Source: Phallusia mammillata (taxonomy: Eukaryota). Taken from it: a stretch of 64,000 nucleotides of DNA. Shown piece after piece: positions 17,900 to 32,113 of this stretch. The notes under the pieces were generated by a model. It saw only the letters and a list, made by a program, of their open reading frames with translations. It searched no databases and was not told where the DNA came from. A program made the position numbers and the translations under genes. The stretch covers positions 23,126,001 through 23,190,000 of the forward strand of contig OZ281495.1 of the NCBI GenBank assembly GCA_965637545.1, read 5' to 3'. Every line of letters starts with the position of its first letter. Position 1 is the first letter of the stretch.

Positions 17900-18862
17900 C
17901 AGGGGTGGCCAACCGGTCAAAGCCTAAGAGCCATATTTTTTATTGTGTTACCACAAAGAGCCACATTATACACATAAGCACATTTGTTAAATGACTCGTC
18001 CCTTCCTCACACACGGAGACCTGTGCTTAGCCAGATCTATTCTAAATGTCGCACACCAACATAATAATGACACAATTTGACTTCACAGACCACGGGCCAG
18101 TCATTTTCAACAATAAATGGTCAGTGCAAACACTGTCTCTCACACAAAACTCTCATTTCAACGAATCCATCAAACAAAAACATATGAATTAAAATACCCC
18201 TTTTTTCTCATTCTATAAATAACGTGCGGTGAGATTCATTTCTTGTGAATTGCTAAAATCTTTTTTCACTGCCAATTTGAAGGCTAACTTGACAAAAATT
18301 GTTTATTTAAAAGATTTTCCCTGCTGAAAAAACTTGCGGTATTTTCATCTAACGCGCATTTGCCGCAAGTGCAAAGTGGCGAAACTAAATTCATTGCGAC
18401 GTCATTAATGCATTCACCACCAACAATCGCTCAATTCAAACCCAACACAAACTGCCGATAAAATATAACATTCGTCATAACCCGAAAAACAACGGATTGA
18501 AGCATTATATACTTTGGAACACATTTGTTGTAAATATTGCTGTTGCTTTGTGTCTCATTCGCATTGTACGCAACAATGAGCAACCATTCATTGTTCACAA
18601 TTGAATATATGTCATCATAATCAAGCCGTTTGCCACATAAAGTTGCAGTTTTAAGGCAAGGTTTGTGGCCATACCGATAGTAAGTTTGTTTAAAAGCAAA
18701 ATTGTTGAAGTTTTACTTTAAATTCAACGATTTTTGTACCTGATCGCCACATACTAACCCAAATATACACAATGGCCCCAAACTTAGACAACAACTTAAG
18801 AGCCGCATAAAACCAGGCGAAGAGCCGCATGCGGCTCGCGAGCCGCGGGTTGGCCACCCCTG
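17900..18862. mobile_element. Non-autonomous hAT (Charlie-like) element between SLC5 copies 2 and 3
   Basis: Perfect 15-bp TIR CAGGGGTGGCCAACC; perfect 8-bp TSD TACTATAG at 17892-17899 and 18863-18870. Confidence 0.93.
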
Positions 18863-19635
18863 TACTATAGTATATATATGTCAAGATGTATTTAACGTGA
18901 TGCCTAAGATCTTTCGCAACTAAATACTGTTTTCATAATTAAACTGTCGACTGTAAAGTCTTACAAACTAATGAACATATGTAGCAACACGTGTCGTATA
19001 GCAAAAATGTGCGTAAAGTGCAGATAGGAAACAGCATTGTTACAAAACCGACCGGTGTGCAGTTTTCAATGTTTCCTGTCAAGTTTTTACTAGAGCTTTA
19101 TACATTCATATACTTTACTGTGTCGTTTATATACATTTTAACAACTAAAACAATTTTAAAGCATAAACTAATGAAGAGTATTCGCCAACTATAACACACA
19201 GCCAATTGTCAACTGAAAGAATTTCATTGTGGTTTCGATTGTTTTACTGTAAAAAGATATTTTCACTGCGGTTTACACATCACAATGTAAATCTTTTTAC
19301 AAGCTGAAAAAACACACAAATTTATAACTAGTTTAAAAGCATATTTCACTACAGTGTATTGATGTTGTCACATGAAAAAACCAACAACGTGAGTTCCAAC
19401 CTTTGCTTTTAGCACCGTCCTAAAAGAATCGCTTGAAACGTCCTCGCCCGTTTTGTTCTGATGAAAATAAAGCATATGCACTGGTATTAAGAAACTGAAC
19501 CGTTTAGGACGCTTGCATTTACTTTGGCATAATTTACGGACTCTACAAAACTACTTGTTTTTGCACTGTTGCCAGATCTTACGTTTGTATTACCTGTGAA
19601 AGTAGTTATCATTAAAACAAGAGATTTAAAATACC

Positions 19636-22600
19636 ATGACAAGCGAAACTAAGCTGTCCTTTGGAGGTGGAGATGTAGTTTTTTTTGGAGGTACGTCAAG
19701 ACTGGCAATTAATGTTTTAACTTTGGTTTTATTAGTTTTTCTCGTACAAACATACGAGTTTCTACATTACTTGCAGGGTCTCTCATGGTTTGTGGAATAG
19801 TTGGAATATATTTTGCTGTAAGAGATCGCAACAACAAGAACGTTGAAAATTACTATTTTGGAGGCAGACACATGTCACCGGTTAAGTACAGGGAGCGTAA
19901 TTTGCAGTTAATGTGCAACTTGATGACGATTTTGTTTCCAGATTGCTGTCGGAATTTCGTTATCGTTGACGTATGTGTCAGGTCTTACAGTTATAGCATT
20001 ACCCACCGAAAGCTATCTTTATGGGACTGTTGCGATCTGGTTTTGCCTTACATCTTTACCAGGCATCGCGATCTCCAGTATCTACTTCATTCCCATGCTT
20101 CATAGACTGCAGGTGAAAACCCTTTACCAGGTCAGTTGGTCTTGTCTGTTGAATAAAGAGCTACTACCAATAGTATAGCCTACTACCTAAAAATCAAAAT
20201 TCCCTTAATCCTTGCAGTATCTTGAGATGCGGTTTCACCCCACTCTTAGAAAAGTGGTTTCGGCTTGCGAAGTTTGGAACCTGGTAGGGGAGATGCGGGA
20301 CCATTGGGCCAAAATTCATTTTTTCATGACTATTTCTTTGAGTTCGAAAGAAAAATTGCCATTGAACACCTGTACTAATACTACACGTTTTAACACACTT
20401 ACACAAGGGCATAACTTTCTTATTTGGAAATGAGTTGGCAAGATATTCCGTTTTAAAAATTACAAAAAATATGGCTCAAAGGTCCTTACCCTTAGGGACC
20501 ATTGAGCCTCGCATAAAGGACCTTTGGGCCAGTATTTTCATGTGATATTCTGGACCATTAAACCACGCATGAGGGAGCTTATTAAGTGTTGTTTTGAAAG
20601 AAGAACAATTTTATTGAAAAAGAAATCTAATATTAATCAAAAGAAACAAATACAACCAGCACCAATAGCTTCATAGGCCAAGGACCTTTGGGCCATGCCC
20701 AATGGTGTAAAGTCAAAGGGCCATGCCCAATGGTCCTGTGAACAACTGGCTCAATGGTCCTGTATTGCCGCCATTACGAACTTATCTGACTGAACTGCCT
20801 TACACAGATCAACTTAAGAAATACTAATGCTCATCTAACGCTACAATTAACTAACTAATATCCTGCAAACTTCGTGTTTTAACTAGCTTTCTCTTATAAA
20901 GAAATTACAAAAATGTAAAGGAGCAAAATATTTACTTTCAAGCTGCGAAAACTTAGTTATGCTCACAGTTTCTTCTGTAAGTGACTGACCTTCTTGTTGT
21001 TACAGCTTTAAAACTATTGCAACACAAGTACTTTAACGTATGACTGAGAACTCGCTACAGCGGCCAGTTTGAGAGAAACGCATGATGGCCCAAAGGTCAT
21101 TCATGCCCAATGGTCCCGCATCTCCCCTATGCGTTGATTTTTAAGCTATGGCAAAATGTAAATCGCAGTGTGAGATTTAGTCAATAATTTTATTTTGCAT
21201 CGCAGTTAGTCTATATGAGTTTCACAATATACGCACCGGCTCTTGCATTGAGCGCAGTGACACCCATCAGTTTACACTGGAGCATCTTGTTGACGAGTGG
21301 ATTATGTACATTTTACACCACTCTGGTAAAATTTGCTCCATGTATTTGATTACTGTAATGTTTTTCTGCTGAACTATAACAATCTTGTTGACTTGTTTTG
21401 TCAAGGGCGGTGTCAAGGCAGTTGTTTGGACGGACGTGATTCAGTGCTTGGTCATGTTCTGTGGTCTTTTCGGTGCATTAGTAAAGGCAATAGTTACAGT
21501 AGGGGGCTTTGAATCTATTTGGAATGCTCTGGACAGAAGTGGGAGGCTAAACTTCTTCGAGTATGTAAGCAACAATAGTAATTTTTGGTTTACAAAATTG
21601 TCTACACAATTTACGCAGCTCTCAACACCGATTTTTTGTTCAGGGCTAATCCAAACCCAACACTTCGCGACACAATGTGGACAATAATAATCGGATCCAG
21701 CGTTTCGGAAGCGGCAAACGTATGTGTAAATCAATCCGTATGTCAGCGGTTCCTGTCGTGCAAAAGTGTGACTGACGCAAGGAGGTAGTTTTGAACCAAT
21801 TGAACAAGTCAATGTATGATCACACATCAGTTAAACAGAGCTGGTATAAAATCATCAACATGGCTTAGTTTAGTTTCATACAGGAATAATGCTTTCGACT
21901 TGGGCCACAACCGAAGATAAAACGAATAATTAGGATTGCAGAGTAAAAGTTGTTGACTAGTTTATCGATATTAGTCTATTCAATTTTTACCTATTTACCC
22001 TCTAAGCCATTTTTTCCTCTGTTGTCTGAGCAGGGCTGCAGTTGCGACGATTTTTCCGAAGCTTGTGTTGACTATTTTTGCCTCTGTGAGCGGATGCGTG
22101 GCTTACGCCTACTTTGAAGGTTGTGATCCACTTGGATCTGGTTTAATAACAAAACAGGATCAAATGTTTCCCTATTTAGTACTCAAGGTATTTCGTGAAT
22201 TACCTGGAATGGCTGGCCTGTTTGTGGCTGCTGCATACGCTGGTACTATGAGGTAACAAAGTTTTTGTATTTTCTTTCGCTTTATCCTTTTCATAACGAC
22301 AAAAATTATTTAGTACCGTCTCGTCAGGACTTAACTGTTTAAGTTCACAATTGCTTCAAGATTTTCTTCTTCCTTTTCAACCCAACTTGGGTGAAGAATT
22401 TCAAAAAGGATTTGGCTTGGCAGCAGGTCTGTAATTTGCTATTGAAAAGTTTTGGGCCAAAAAACCAAAGGTGTTGCTCATATTATTTTCGTTGTAGTGA
22501 TTTTTCTAGGTGTTGCATCGACCTTTATGGCCTACATGATAGTCTTTTTGGACGAAACAGTGTTTTCTATGATTCTTTCACTCAAGGGATCTGTAAGTGG

Positions 22601-23406
22601 AGCAATCATGGGTGTTTACATTTTGGGCATGTTCTTTCCATGGTGTAACACAAAGGTGCCATATCTAACAGTTAAAAGTATACAAAAGAGTAAACTATTT
22701 GTATTTTAAACTTGGGCATAGGGGGCGGCGATTGGACAGCTCACTGGAGCCGGAATATCGCTGTGGTTAGCTTTAGGTGCAATAGTTTATGGTAGATCAC
22801 CGGAAACCCAACGCGAACTTCCGTTGTCAACAATGTGTTGTAAAAGCACCGATTTCCTTTGCACCAGTGCTAACCTGACCGTTTATAATAGGACGTTTGT
22901 TGAACTTGAAGAGATAAATAGGTTTGGATTTGTAAAAAACAAATGTAACTTGCTATGAATCAGAATTTGTCATGTTTTGGCAGTTCGAAAACCCAGGAAG
23001 TTACTCCGTTGTATGCCCTCTCTTATTGGTACAATGCTATCTTGGCGGTGCTTGTCACGATTGTGATCGGATTAATTGTTTCGTTTATTACAGGTTGGCT
23101 ATTTTTTTAATTGTATTCATTTGTTACGCTTTCTTTCTGTCTACATTCGTGGTATGATGTAGCTTTATAATATGTGGCTTCTTTTCAGGGGCAAATCAGC
23201 CATCGCGGTCTGATCCCAAGTTATTCTGTCCTATTTTTGACAACCAAATGCTACCACGAAAAGTTCGTCGTTTTTCTCGCTTTGGAGTTCCTGTCTTTCT
23301 CGATTCGTCAAGGGAAAGTTTGAACAACCGACGCGAAGAGGAGCAAAACCATGCTGGTCTCAACTTGCTGCCATCTTCAGAAATCTTTACTGCTCATAAA
23401 CGCTAA
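19636..23406 (+). CDS. SLC5A5/6/8/12-like symporter, copy 3 (13 exons, coding intact)
   Basis: Exons traced in phase from MTSETKLSFGGGD to ...EIFTAHKR* (TAA 23404-23406); SSF motifs as in the paralogs. Confidence 0.92.
20287..21127. mobile_element. TA-flanked MITE (IS630-Tc1-mariner type, possibly pogo-like) in intron 4 of SLC5 copy 3
   Basis: Perfect 23-bp TIR GGGGAGATGCGGGACCATTGGGC; TA at 20285-20286 and 21128-21129; many internal GGACC(A/T)TTG(A/G)GCC repeats in both orientations. Confidence 0.9.
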
Positions 23407-24116
23407 ATATAAAAGCGAGACATTTATTTTTTGAAAGATTAGTGTTGTATAAACATCAATATGTTTAGGCGTGAATTTTATTAAGGCGTATATTACGCAG
23501 ATCGCCTGTAAACCAAAAAAAAAACTTTCGGTCGTTGTTATCGATTGTGGAATTTATCCCGCTATGGCATTTTTGGCCCGTATTAGAATGTTCTTTTGAC
23601 TTGATTAGCTTGTTATGACATTTGACTGGCGTTTTCTCAGTAACGTTTTACCGAGCACAAGATTTTCCGCGAAGTTCGAGGAAGCTTTGCTGGCTCGACT
23701 TCTGACACAGATGGGTTGCCAGCTGGCATATAATATTATTTGCCTGTCTACGGGAAGTCTGCAGACAAAAATTAGGTGGAAAATCACGTGACTTCGATTA
23801 ACAAAAACGTTGTAACAAACCACAGGGAAAGATACGCATTGTTCAACATTAAAGGCATAAGGTCCAACAGTATTGCGCGTGATTGTAATAATGCATCTTC
23901 ATAATGATAAAAATAAACAACTCGATGGAGCATAAACAGCTTAAATTTAAGTTGTGCTTTGCGATACATGTTTATGAAAGTCTGTATATGTTTCTCTTTT
24001 TGCTGTTATAAGTAACAACTTTCTTCTTGTCACAGCAAAACATCGTGCCTTGTGAGTACACTTTTTTCTCACTGGCGGTGAAAATTTAAACTGTTGTTAA
24101 GAAATATATGCAGTGT

Positions 24117-27100
24117 TCACTGCTTTGTTATCTGTGCTTCTTGCAAACGATCGACCTCAGGTGATAAGCTTGTACATTTGTTTGAGTCAAGTGACGCAGA
24201 TTTCTTTGTTTGTTGCAGTCTTGACATTTCACATGAAGTCGTGTTTTTCTGTATCTTGGGGACGCCAAAGCGGAAAAATCGCCTTACTTTTTTCGGCAGA
24301 ATGTGATTGTCAACAATCGGGCAAAACAGCCTTGGGTCAGCAGTTTTCGGATCATTTGGGCCTAAATAATACAAAGCGCAGTCGTTGGCCGTTTAGCAAA
24401 AAAACTCAAACAAATTTAAAGTATTTGCATACCTGTCAAAAAAGAGATGCACAATCCCACCAAGATGGTGATCGACGCCCCTATGATAGCATTGTACCAA
24501 AATGATAACGCGTAGAAAGGGCTGTAATGCTTTTCTGTTTCCAAAGTGCTGCAAATATAAATGGATTTATTTAAACATTTACCAACACAAACATAACATC
24601 ATTTCTTCGGACCTTTTTGTGACTGTTTCATTGAAAGTTGTATAGTTATTCCACATAGAATGTGATTCAGTATCGTTGCAGAGTTGAGTTGAAACCGGAA
24701 GTTTTCGTTGGCTTTCTGGTGACTTTTCAAACATTATCCCACCGATTGCAATCCAAAGCAAGTAGGCTGTTCCCACCAGTTGACCAGTTATTGCTCCCTG
24801 CAAACGTATTTTTTGTCATCTACAGAATAGGCTGATTTCCGTCAGTGGTGGAAGCATGATCTTACCTTTGTGTTGCACCAAGGGAAAAATATACCAAGGA
24901 TGTAAACTCCCAATATTGCGCCACCAATACCACCTCGCAATGAAACCACGATAGACAAAACGGTTCCTTCCAATTTCGCTGACAAAAGAGCGAACCCGGT
25001 AACCAACACACCAAGAAAAACAACTACAAAAACGTCTGATTTAATGTTTACAGTATTTAAAGGCTATAGACATGATTGTCTTGCCTGCTAGTTTACTGAA
25101 AATCATTTTGCTTTTGTTGCTCAGGTTAGGACGAAACGGGAGTAAAAAATCTTGAAGAATTTGCCCACTCACGGAGTTAAGACCGGATGACACCGTGCTA
25201 AACAAACAACAAAGTTTGGAGTTTTCAACCTACTTTGTCTGTGTATTATCTTTAGCTATTTTTTACTTCTTGACATTATTGAACTGCTAAATGCAAAATA
25301 AAACTCGCGGTATTTTCAAGCCATTCGAATCTTTAGGTGTAACCGTATTTTGTTTGGTATATTTTAATATGTGTCTTTTTTTAACAGCAAACATTTCAGT
25401 CAAGTTTACCTCATAGTTGCACAATATGCAGCAGCAACAAACAAACCAGACATTCCTGGTATTTCACGAAACACGTTAAGTACCAAGTATGGGAACATTT
25501 GATCGTTTTTTGTTATCATTCCAGCTTTCAGTGGATCACAACCTTCAAAGTAAGCGTAAGCCACACACCCACTCATTACTGCAATCAAATCCAGGGCTAT
25601 TTTTGGAAACAAGGCGGTGACGGCAGCTCTGTAAAAACACATGTTTGTCAATGAAACTTACTTGAAATGCGGATTTATACGGACTCCAACTTGTAACATT
25701 TGCCGTTCATGTTTTGAATTTTGAACGGATTGGAAGTGACCCCAAATACTTTTTTATCACTTTTTCCCCGAAATCGAACCCCCAATACTCCCAACAAAAG
25801 TCATAATTTAATGTCCGTATGTTGAGTCAAGCGTTCCGGAACATTCAAAAACAACATGTAAATAATCCAACCTACATTCTTGCGCCCTTGACAGATTTAC
25901 AAGACAGATAGCGTTGACAGACAGGTTGGTTCATGCAAACATTCAAAACATCGGTAAAACCGGCTCCAACCATGACAGTCCAGAACGTGGTGCGAAGAGT
26001 TGGGTCTGGATCAAACCTGGTTTAAAATGTTTGTGTCGATTGAATTATAAAATTTGACTGCGGAACTTGGAATTTAGCTTACGTCGCAAAGTTGGTCCTC
26101 CCACCTCTCTTTAATGCGGTAAAAGTAGCATCCACCCCTCCAACGTCGATTGTAGCTTTAATAAGTACAGCAACCACACCCACAACCATCACCCCGAACT
26201 GAATTACGTCAGTCCAAACAACAGCTTTCATTCCACCCTATCATACGCAAAAGGAATATGGCCTTAGGTTTTGTAACATCTATAATAAATATAAATGGAA
26301 AACTAACCAGTGTTGTATAAAGTGTGCACACTCCACTCGTCAGCAGTATACTCCAGTAGAGGTTAATGGGAGAAACGGCACTCAATGCCAGTGACGGTGC
26401 GTACAGGGTGAAACTCATGTACAACAGCTGCAAACGATTTAACGACAAGTTATTGACCACGGGACACGTGTATCGTTACCTGTCTGACTAGAAAGCTATT
26501 TGAAAACACACCAGAGCAAGCACTTCGCATCCAGATACAAGTTTTCTCAATCCAGGATGAAACCGCATTTCCAGATACTACAAGGTTATTTGATCACGTT
26601 ATTCCTTACATTTTAGGTGATATAGTAAAGGCTAATACTCAAACCTGATACAATGTGGTCAGCTGTAAGCGGTGTATCAAAGGAATAAAGTATAAACATG
26701 TTACACATATACTGATAGGTGATGCAAATGCGTACCATAGGCAAACCATACCGAATAGGTAACTTTCGGATGGTACGCCTATTATTCCTATAGCCGAGAT
26801 GTAAGACACTGATAAGGAAATCCCGAGTGAGACCTGCAAGCATCAAGTAATTTTTGCAATACCAAAATATTAAAATTGAAAAAAAACTTCTTTCAATAAA
26901 ATTGCAAATTACCGGGGAAATTTGTTTTCCACCAAAGAAATAGTTTGCAACAGTTTTCTGTTTGCGATCCTTGAAAGCAAAATACAATCCAACCATAATC
27001 GATACCAGAAGACTTCCTGTAACATAAGAGTTTTAATTGATTGACAAGTAAGAACTTATAAACGAAATTTAAAAAATAAAAACTCAAAAAAGCAAAACCA

Positions 27101-27172
27101 AATTCTGAATCACTGACCCCCAAAAACAGCAATATCACCAGCGCCGAAGTGTTGTTTAGTTTCGTTTGACAT
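24117..27172 (-). CDS. SLC5A5/6/8/12-like symporter, copy 4 (13 exons, intact, one GC-AG intron)
   Basis: Exons traced in phase from MSNETKQHFGAGD to ...EAQITKQ*; donor AG/GCAAGA at 25084. Confidence 0.92.
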
Positions 27173-28344
27173 CTTTAAACTTTTGAATATCCAAAGAAAA
27201 GTTTCGTTTGTCGATTTTTTTATAGCTGCAAATTGTTTATGAACTTCTTTCACAACAACAAAAGCAAAAAGTAACCACACAAAAATGTATTTGTGTGTTT
27301 CTTGTTTCTTTTGCCTATCTACTCAATGTAAGTCTGCTTCTCATAGCTTCGCTGCAAACAAATTAAACAAACCAGCTTCAACATATAGCCTACGTATATA
27401 GCCTACGTATAATCAAGTTACAAAACACAGTCAAGCACTTGTACAACTCTTTCTCTTAAATATACTTGCTGCGTTTTCATGCACATGACTGGAAGCCAAG
27501 CGTTAATTTGGTGTTTCTATTGGTTTGGATATTTCCTTTGTAGTTTGGATAAACATCTGACGGTACCGGCCAGGCTTTGGATAATTGAACGGACAACCAC
27601 GAGTTTTACAGGAAAGTGACCAGCGTGATAGACCTAGTAAAAAAGGCCATATGCAACGTTAAAAAACATGCGTGCATTAAAAAAGATACATGTGATTCGA
27701 TCGAAAAAAAACATCATTGAGTTTTGTAAATATTTTTCCCATCAATTGCATTTCGCTAAATATAACGTCTTCGTCAACTAAATTCAAAAATATTGACGAC
27801 AAACAGATTTTATCGACTCTTCAATTGAAAGCTGTAACCTATTAGGGCACTTTGTCACCAAAGGTTTGTGGTCAACAGCCACTTTACAATCTTGTGCGGC
27901 TGTTGACTTATTAAAGCTGTAAACACAGGGTACAGTTTCGGCAATAAACGTGTTTTGGGTGTCCGCATTCATCACAATGCAATGAAGCTGCTGCACTTAT
28001 TTGTAATTTTGCCCTTTTACTGAAGTGCGTTTATGTTCACAATAACTGCATGCGTTCCAAATGAATGCCACGAGGTGCATGTTCTTGGGTGGATTCCCGT
28101 TTATTAACCCTACTAACAAAAACATAACAACGAGTCCATAAAGTAAAAGTGAAAACCAGAATAGAGAAACTATCACTTCTTGGTCATATGTTCCTTAAGA
28201 CCCAAAGAATATAGTTGCTAAGTACACATGTTTTTTCTCCCAATTGCCGTTGATAGGAATTTATCTTTCCCTGTTCGTTTAATAATAACAATATTTATTT
28301 ACAATAAAGCATTTTATTTCTTAAACTGTATAGTCTATTATTTT

Positions 28345-28645
28345 TGTCGTCATTGTTTTGCTTAGACTTGTGTGTTGGGTGGAACAGTAATTTCGACGGT
28401 GTTTGCACTGTAAGGTGCATTTGGAGGGGTTGTTTTGGGGGCTTTGCTATGGGAGTATTGTTTTCTTGGTACAAACCCAAGGCAATACAATACCAAGAGA
28501 TTTTATGTTGTTTCAATATACTGATATACTGGGTCAAATATTTGGAACAGTAACAACGCTTTAAATGGGGTTTGGCATAATATTGTGTGAGAAATCGCCA
28601 GAAATCCAATGCCGACTACCAGTGCCCTCTGTGTGCTGCAACACG
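28345..28645 (+). pseudogene. Decayed fifth SLC5 copy (remnants of exons 10-11)
   Basis: LGGTVISTVFAL*GAFGGVVLG/FAMGVLFSWYKPK and GQIFGTVTTL*MGFGIILCEKSPEIQCRLPV align by eye with paralog exons 10 and 11. Stops replace conserved K and W, and there is a frameshift. Confidence 0.8.
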
Positions 28646-28793
28646 AATAAGCTACGTTGTCTGCACGATGTAGGCTACCAGAAATGCTGGACTCTAAAAT
28701 AAATTGACAAGCTAACACATCATAGGCTATAAGTCACTCTACCAAACATTGCTCCAATGTAAATGCCACTAGACAAAGCGTTTTAATCTAATA

Positions 28794-29263
28794 CAGTGGT
28801 TCCCAACCTTTTTGTAGTCACGGACCCCTTTCAAAAAATTTATAGGTCCGCGGACCCCCAACGTAATTTAGTCTTGTTATGTTTTTCGTTTCCTGCATTA
28901 TACTTTACTATACTTTCGTTTTGGGGTCAGAATTTTATTCAACGTTCACAGTCCTTTAATCTCAATAAAGTACTGTACTGTAGCAGTCAAATGCAACAAG
29001 AGCCTTTCTGGTGTACAATACTTGAAACAAAGCACAATAAGTTATTGTTTATTGTGATGTCACAATGAAGGTAACAATCACAAGTTTTCCTGATCCAGGG
29101 GTTTGATAAATGGTTTGCACTCATACGCAGGAATGGAAAAACGGTTTGGGAACTTAAAAATATTGTACTGCTGTTAATGCTACAAATGTTTGCCTCCACG
29201 GACCCCCTGAAAGCATCTCACGGACCCCTTGGGGGTCCGCGAACGCCAGGTTGGGAACCACTG
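28794..29263. mobile_element. hAT (Charlie-like) MITE
   Basis: Perfect 16-bp TIR CAGTGGTTCCCAACCT; perfect 8-bp TSD ATCTAATA at 28786-28793 and 29264-29271. Confidence 0.93.
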
Positions 29264-30074
29264 ATCTAATAGAAGGACTACCAAAGGTTTTGTTGCAGTT
29301 ACACTTATACATTTGTAAGCGGTTTCACATACAGTTTTATGAAATGTGTGTGTACACCCAGTTGCTCGCTGATAATAGCATATCAATGAAGTAACTAATA
29401 AAGTTGGGTTTGATGTATAAATGTTCAAAAGCTGACCTTGGATTCTTTGGGATAAATTTACATTTATTTATTTTTTGCAAAAGGCTAAACATGAAATTGA
29501 ATCATCGCATCATCATGTACCAAATAACGCCTACGTGCCATGACTGCATAGGATTTAAAATATGTTTTTGTGTTACGCTTCTTGGACAAGTCATTGTGAA
29601 AACATGCTCATTAACCGATTAACGAAAAGCTGCAGAACCAATTTGCGCTTGAACTGAACAAAAAGGCAAAAGGTTATCATGTTTTGGCTATAATTTATTA
29701 CAGAGCACAGTAAGGGTCATGTGCAAACAACTTGTGCCTGTGATGACACTTATATGATCAGCGTTAAAGTTGAACTAAGCTGAACTCCGGGGCGAAAATA
29801 TTAGCCAACGCATAGCAGCAATGTAAGACAAAGGTCAGATTCTAACCAAAACACAAGTGGTTTTAAATAACGATGTGTTGGTGGCTGGAACTTTGTTGTG
29901 GTGTCCGAATACAAAATTTAATTCTAGTTACCTAATAAATAAATCTATTTTGCAGGTCAAGCTTCGCATATGTTTACACTTATATCGGTGAGCCTGGGGC
30001 AATAAATGCTCCCATGTTGCTTTAAACACAACACAAAATTATATAGCATGCAAGGACACGTAATAAATGGTAAC

Positions 30075-30330
30075 ACCAAAGGGCAAGATGGGCGTTACAT
30101 AACCGTGACATTATTGGTCATTAGTTTTATGGTTTTAGGTCTTGACCTGAAGCCTACTTAAATCGAGTCTCGGAGTGGGAGAAGCAGAAAGCCGCAACAA
30201 CAAGTTAGAGTCAACAGCTTAATATATTTTGGCAGACAAGAAACCATCAGCCATTCAGACATATTATCTAGTGTTAATTAAATCTAGAAGATGGAAATGT
30301 GGTATAAATTTCCACAAACGTTTACAAAAA
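30075..30330 (+). promoter_or_regulatory. Conserved non-coding block upstream of SOUL genes A, B and C (copies at about 34280-34560 and 37895-38185)
   Basis: Near-identical AAAGGGCAAGATG(G/C)GCGTTACA, GTGGGAG(A/C)AGCAGAAAGCCGCAACAACAAG and AATGTGGTAT(A/C)AATTTCCACAA about 500-800 bp upstream of each ATG. A regulatory role is inferred. Confidence 0.45.
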
Positions 30331-30820
30331 CATACGGACAAAAGATATTATCTTTTCTTTTTCGGGGATTAGAACATTACTTTTTGCGTTCATCGTGTAT
30401 ACAAAAACTAAATACAAAAATGTTTTTAGATTCGTGAAACACTCACTCTCGCGTTAAAAACATATATGTTCTAACGCCGTTTGGCTTTAGTCTTTTACGC
30501 ATCCAAATTACAGTTTTAATCAGCGTTTTAGCACTGCGTTTGTGCCAGTTTTCATTTTGTTATCATCCTGTGTGGTGTTATATAAAAACTATTGTGTTTG
30601 GTGCATGTCATTACTTTAATGAAGACGTCCCGAGTGAGACATCGTATGAGTTATAAATAATTGCCGGTAAAACAAAAAGTAATTTTTTTAACTTTCTGTC
30701 TGTTTGTTTTGCACCTATATAATTGCCAAAAGAAAAAGAAAAGTTTATAAGTTTCTGATTGTTCTGATGTTTTTAGACGGAAGCTGTTGGTTTTGTTAAC
30801 ATATCAGCAATATAGTAAGT

Positions 30821-32113
30821 ATGTTTTTGTCGGTTCTGTTTTGTCTTGTCTGCATGATGGGAAACGCTTTCGGTGACGGTTATGGTATTGAACATCCACC
30901 CTATCGAAAAGCCACAAATCAACCAAAGGTGAGTTAAATTTGTGAAGCCAATCTTTTCACGTTTTTTCCCTAAAGATTCAAACATGTGTGGACTTCAAAG
31001 TTTTGCCGTTAGTTATCCCAATTTCCAACCATTTTTAAGGATAGAAGCTACGAGGTACGAGAATATGCAGCTGCAAACTGGACAAGTACTAAAATGCACG
31101 GCGCTTCATCAAAAAGTAGTGGAGCATTCTGGCGCCTTTTCAAATACATCGAAGGCCGCAACGCCGCTGGTAAGTGACACATTTTGATGTTATATGCAAT
31201 GGTTTTAAAATTCCTCATAAAAATTCACTCTCGTTTACAGGGGCAACCATTAAAATGACTGCGCCTGTTACAACTCGCATTGTTTCCGGACCTACAATTT
31301 TCGACATGAAAAGGACAATGTCATTCTACGTTCCACGGGCTTTCCAGGCAGATCCACCTGCACCAACAGATACCGAAGTTTACATAGAAGAACGTCAACC
31401 CATGCTCGCCTATGTTCGGTGTTACATTTGTTCAGTAATTCGACGAGCATCTACTCTAATGCACCCATGGGCTATCATGATAAGCTGCTGGTCATAGTAA
31501 ATAAAGGCAATTTGAAATACTACATTACATTTATTACTTTTTTGTTTTGAAAGCTGCGCACTAATCACAACTATTAGAAGTGTAGTTTTTGTTTGACATT
31601 TACAAACTTTATTCCATGACTTCTACACACCGCGATTATTTCCGCATGATGGTGCGGTTGTGCTAATCAACAGAATTGGGCCAAATCCAGTGGTGGGATT
31701 CAACCGGTTCGCACCAGTTCTATAGAACCGTCTCATGAATTTTTTTGAGATCAGCGAACCGGTTAGCATTACTGGTAATGTACTTTTTGTAACAGAAACG
31801 ACTAAAAAATATAACATTTGTGATAGAACCGGCTGATAAAAAAATTAAAACCCACCACTGGCCAAATCACATTACCCTATATATTACGAAAAGAGCATTT
31901 CTCTCTGCTTTTAGCACATTTACTGGCTGGGCGAGAGAAACGGACTATTGGGTCAATGTTTACCAGCTTTTTGAAGACATGAAACGAAACGGAGTTGACG
32001 AAGACACCATCGATCTGACATCATTCTACACTGCTGGTTATAACAGCCCGATGCGCTTTATCCAACGTCACAATGAAGTTTGGCTCATTTCGGACACGCC
32101 GAGTCTTGCCTGA
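30821..32113 (+). CDS. Secreted SOUL/HEBP-family protein, copy A (4 coding exons)
   Basis: Signal-peptide-like MFLSVLFCLVCMMGNAFG; SOUL motifs YEVREY, AFWRLFKYIEGRN, IKMTAPV, MSFYVP, PPAPTDTEVYIE, FYTAGYNSP, RHNEVWL. Confidence 0.92.
31688..31860. mobile_element. hAT-type MITE in intron 3 of SOUL A
   Basis: Termini CAGTGGTGGG...CCCACCACTG; perfect 8-bp TSD GCCAAATC; the empty site is visible in the paralogous intron of SOUL C (about 39760-39785). Confidence 0.92.
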
